IMG/VR virus record: IMGVR_UViG_3300031952_000001 | Location: 62,001-126,000 of that record | Strand: one strand, 5' to 3' | DNA length: 64,000 nucleotides | Shown: piece by piece, positions 63,400 to 64,000 of the stretch | How positions within the stretch are numbered: position 1 is the first letter of the stretch | Layout of the letters: each line of letters opens with the position of its first letter | Made by a program: the position numbers and the translations under genes | Notes under the pieces: model-generated | Seen by the model: only the letters and a program-made list of their open reading frames with translations | Told to the model about the DNA's origin: nothing | Databases searched by the model: none

Positions 63400-63639
63400 A
63401 TGGCAACACAGGTCATCGTGAAGAAAAAGAAGTTGTCGGACGGTTCCGAGGTGTTCAACGTTGTGCTCGTGTTCCCCCTTGGTGGTCGTGTGACGTGCCA
63501 CATGGACAGCGAGAAGTCGGCGGAAGATCTGGAATTCCAGTTCAACCGGATTTTCGATCCTGAGAAGACCGGGATACCCACCTTCGGGAAGGCGAACGGG
63601 ATCATCGAAATTTGGGTCGACGGCGACGACTTCAAGTAG
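63400..63639 (+). CDS. hypothetical protein
   Basis: SD GGGAGGG. Confidence 0.65.
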   Translation: MATQVIVKKKKLSDGSEVFNVVLVFPLGGRVTCHMDSEKSAEDLEFQFNRIFDPEKTGIPTFGKANGIIEIWVDGDDFK

Positions 63640-63645
63640 AAGCCC

Positions 63646-63673
63646 TTGACAGCCTGAAACCGGTAGTTACATT
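63646..63673 (+). promoter_or_regulatory. early-type promoter
   Basis: TTGACA-N16-TACATT; spacer nearly identical to that of 63338. Confidence 0.8.
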
Positions 63674-63709
63674 CCCAGCCAGGGGAAACGAACAACCGAG
63701 GAGGACCGC

Positions 63710-64000
63710 ATGAGCATCGGGGAGAAGGGCACGCTTCCGGCCGAAGTCGTCAACGATATGAAGAAGTCGGCACTCATGGGCGGCATGGTGCCCAAGTCGT
63801 TCGTCGAGTACCACCTGGCGCTCGCCAAGCGGGCGCTTCCGGCCCTGGTGAGCCGGTTCAGGGTCGAGATCGTGACGACGTTCGTCAAGTCGGGCGGGTG
63901 GTTCGACGGCATGAACAACCTGCGCGCGATCCTTCGGAAGTCGGACAACACGCTTCTGGAGATCGTGTGGTACGCATCGGACGGATCGGGCTACTGGATG
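63710..64000 (+). CDS. hypothetical protein, 3'-truncated by the window edge
   Basis: SD GAGGAGG; frame MSIGEKG... is open to the end. Confidence 0.65.
   Translation, partial: MSIGEKGTLPAEVVNDMKKSALMGGMVPKSFVEYHLALAKRALPALVSRFRVEIVTTFVKSGGWFDGMNNLRAILRKSDNTLLEIVWYASDGSGYWM

Noticed and set aside
1-64000. Genome-wide stop-codon reassignment as the cause of the in-frame TGA
   Set aside because: Many genes end in TGA or TAG with tight start/stop overlaps, and long ORFs are intact in code 11, so any read-through must be local.

Overview
This window is best read as part of a large, high-GC dsDNA phage genome; that is an inference from gene content, since no capsid, portal or terminase gene is visible. 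1-12.6 kb is a recombination/repair block: SSB-like protein, RecA with a LAGLIDADG intein, SbcD/SbcC-like pair, ThyX, RusA-like resolvase and a trigger-factor homologue. 12.6-39.3 kb holds large acidic and Pro-rich proteins, probably virion cargo. Many share an N-terminal G[IVL]xDxGLxR[LVI]A leader and repeated [RK]xxA-Q junction motifs. A DNA methyltransferase, a serine recombinase and a solo TnpB are interspersed. 39.3-41.1 kb is an RNA cluster: tmRNA, tRNA-Met, tRNA-Pro, an unassigned structured RNA and two probable homing endonucleases. 41-64 kb is an accessory region of small genes driven by about 20 copies of a TTGAC[AT]-N16-TAnnnT promoter. Top leads: a candidate phage selenoprotein (in-frame UGA in G-C-U-G with a bacterial-SECIS-like hairpin), a leader-peptide/polyprotein cargo system, two unassigned ncRNAs, a circularly permuted ART-like protein and a Tad2-like fusion. 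Domain calls come from motif recognition by eye, not database searches.
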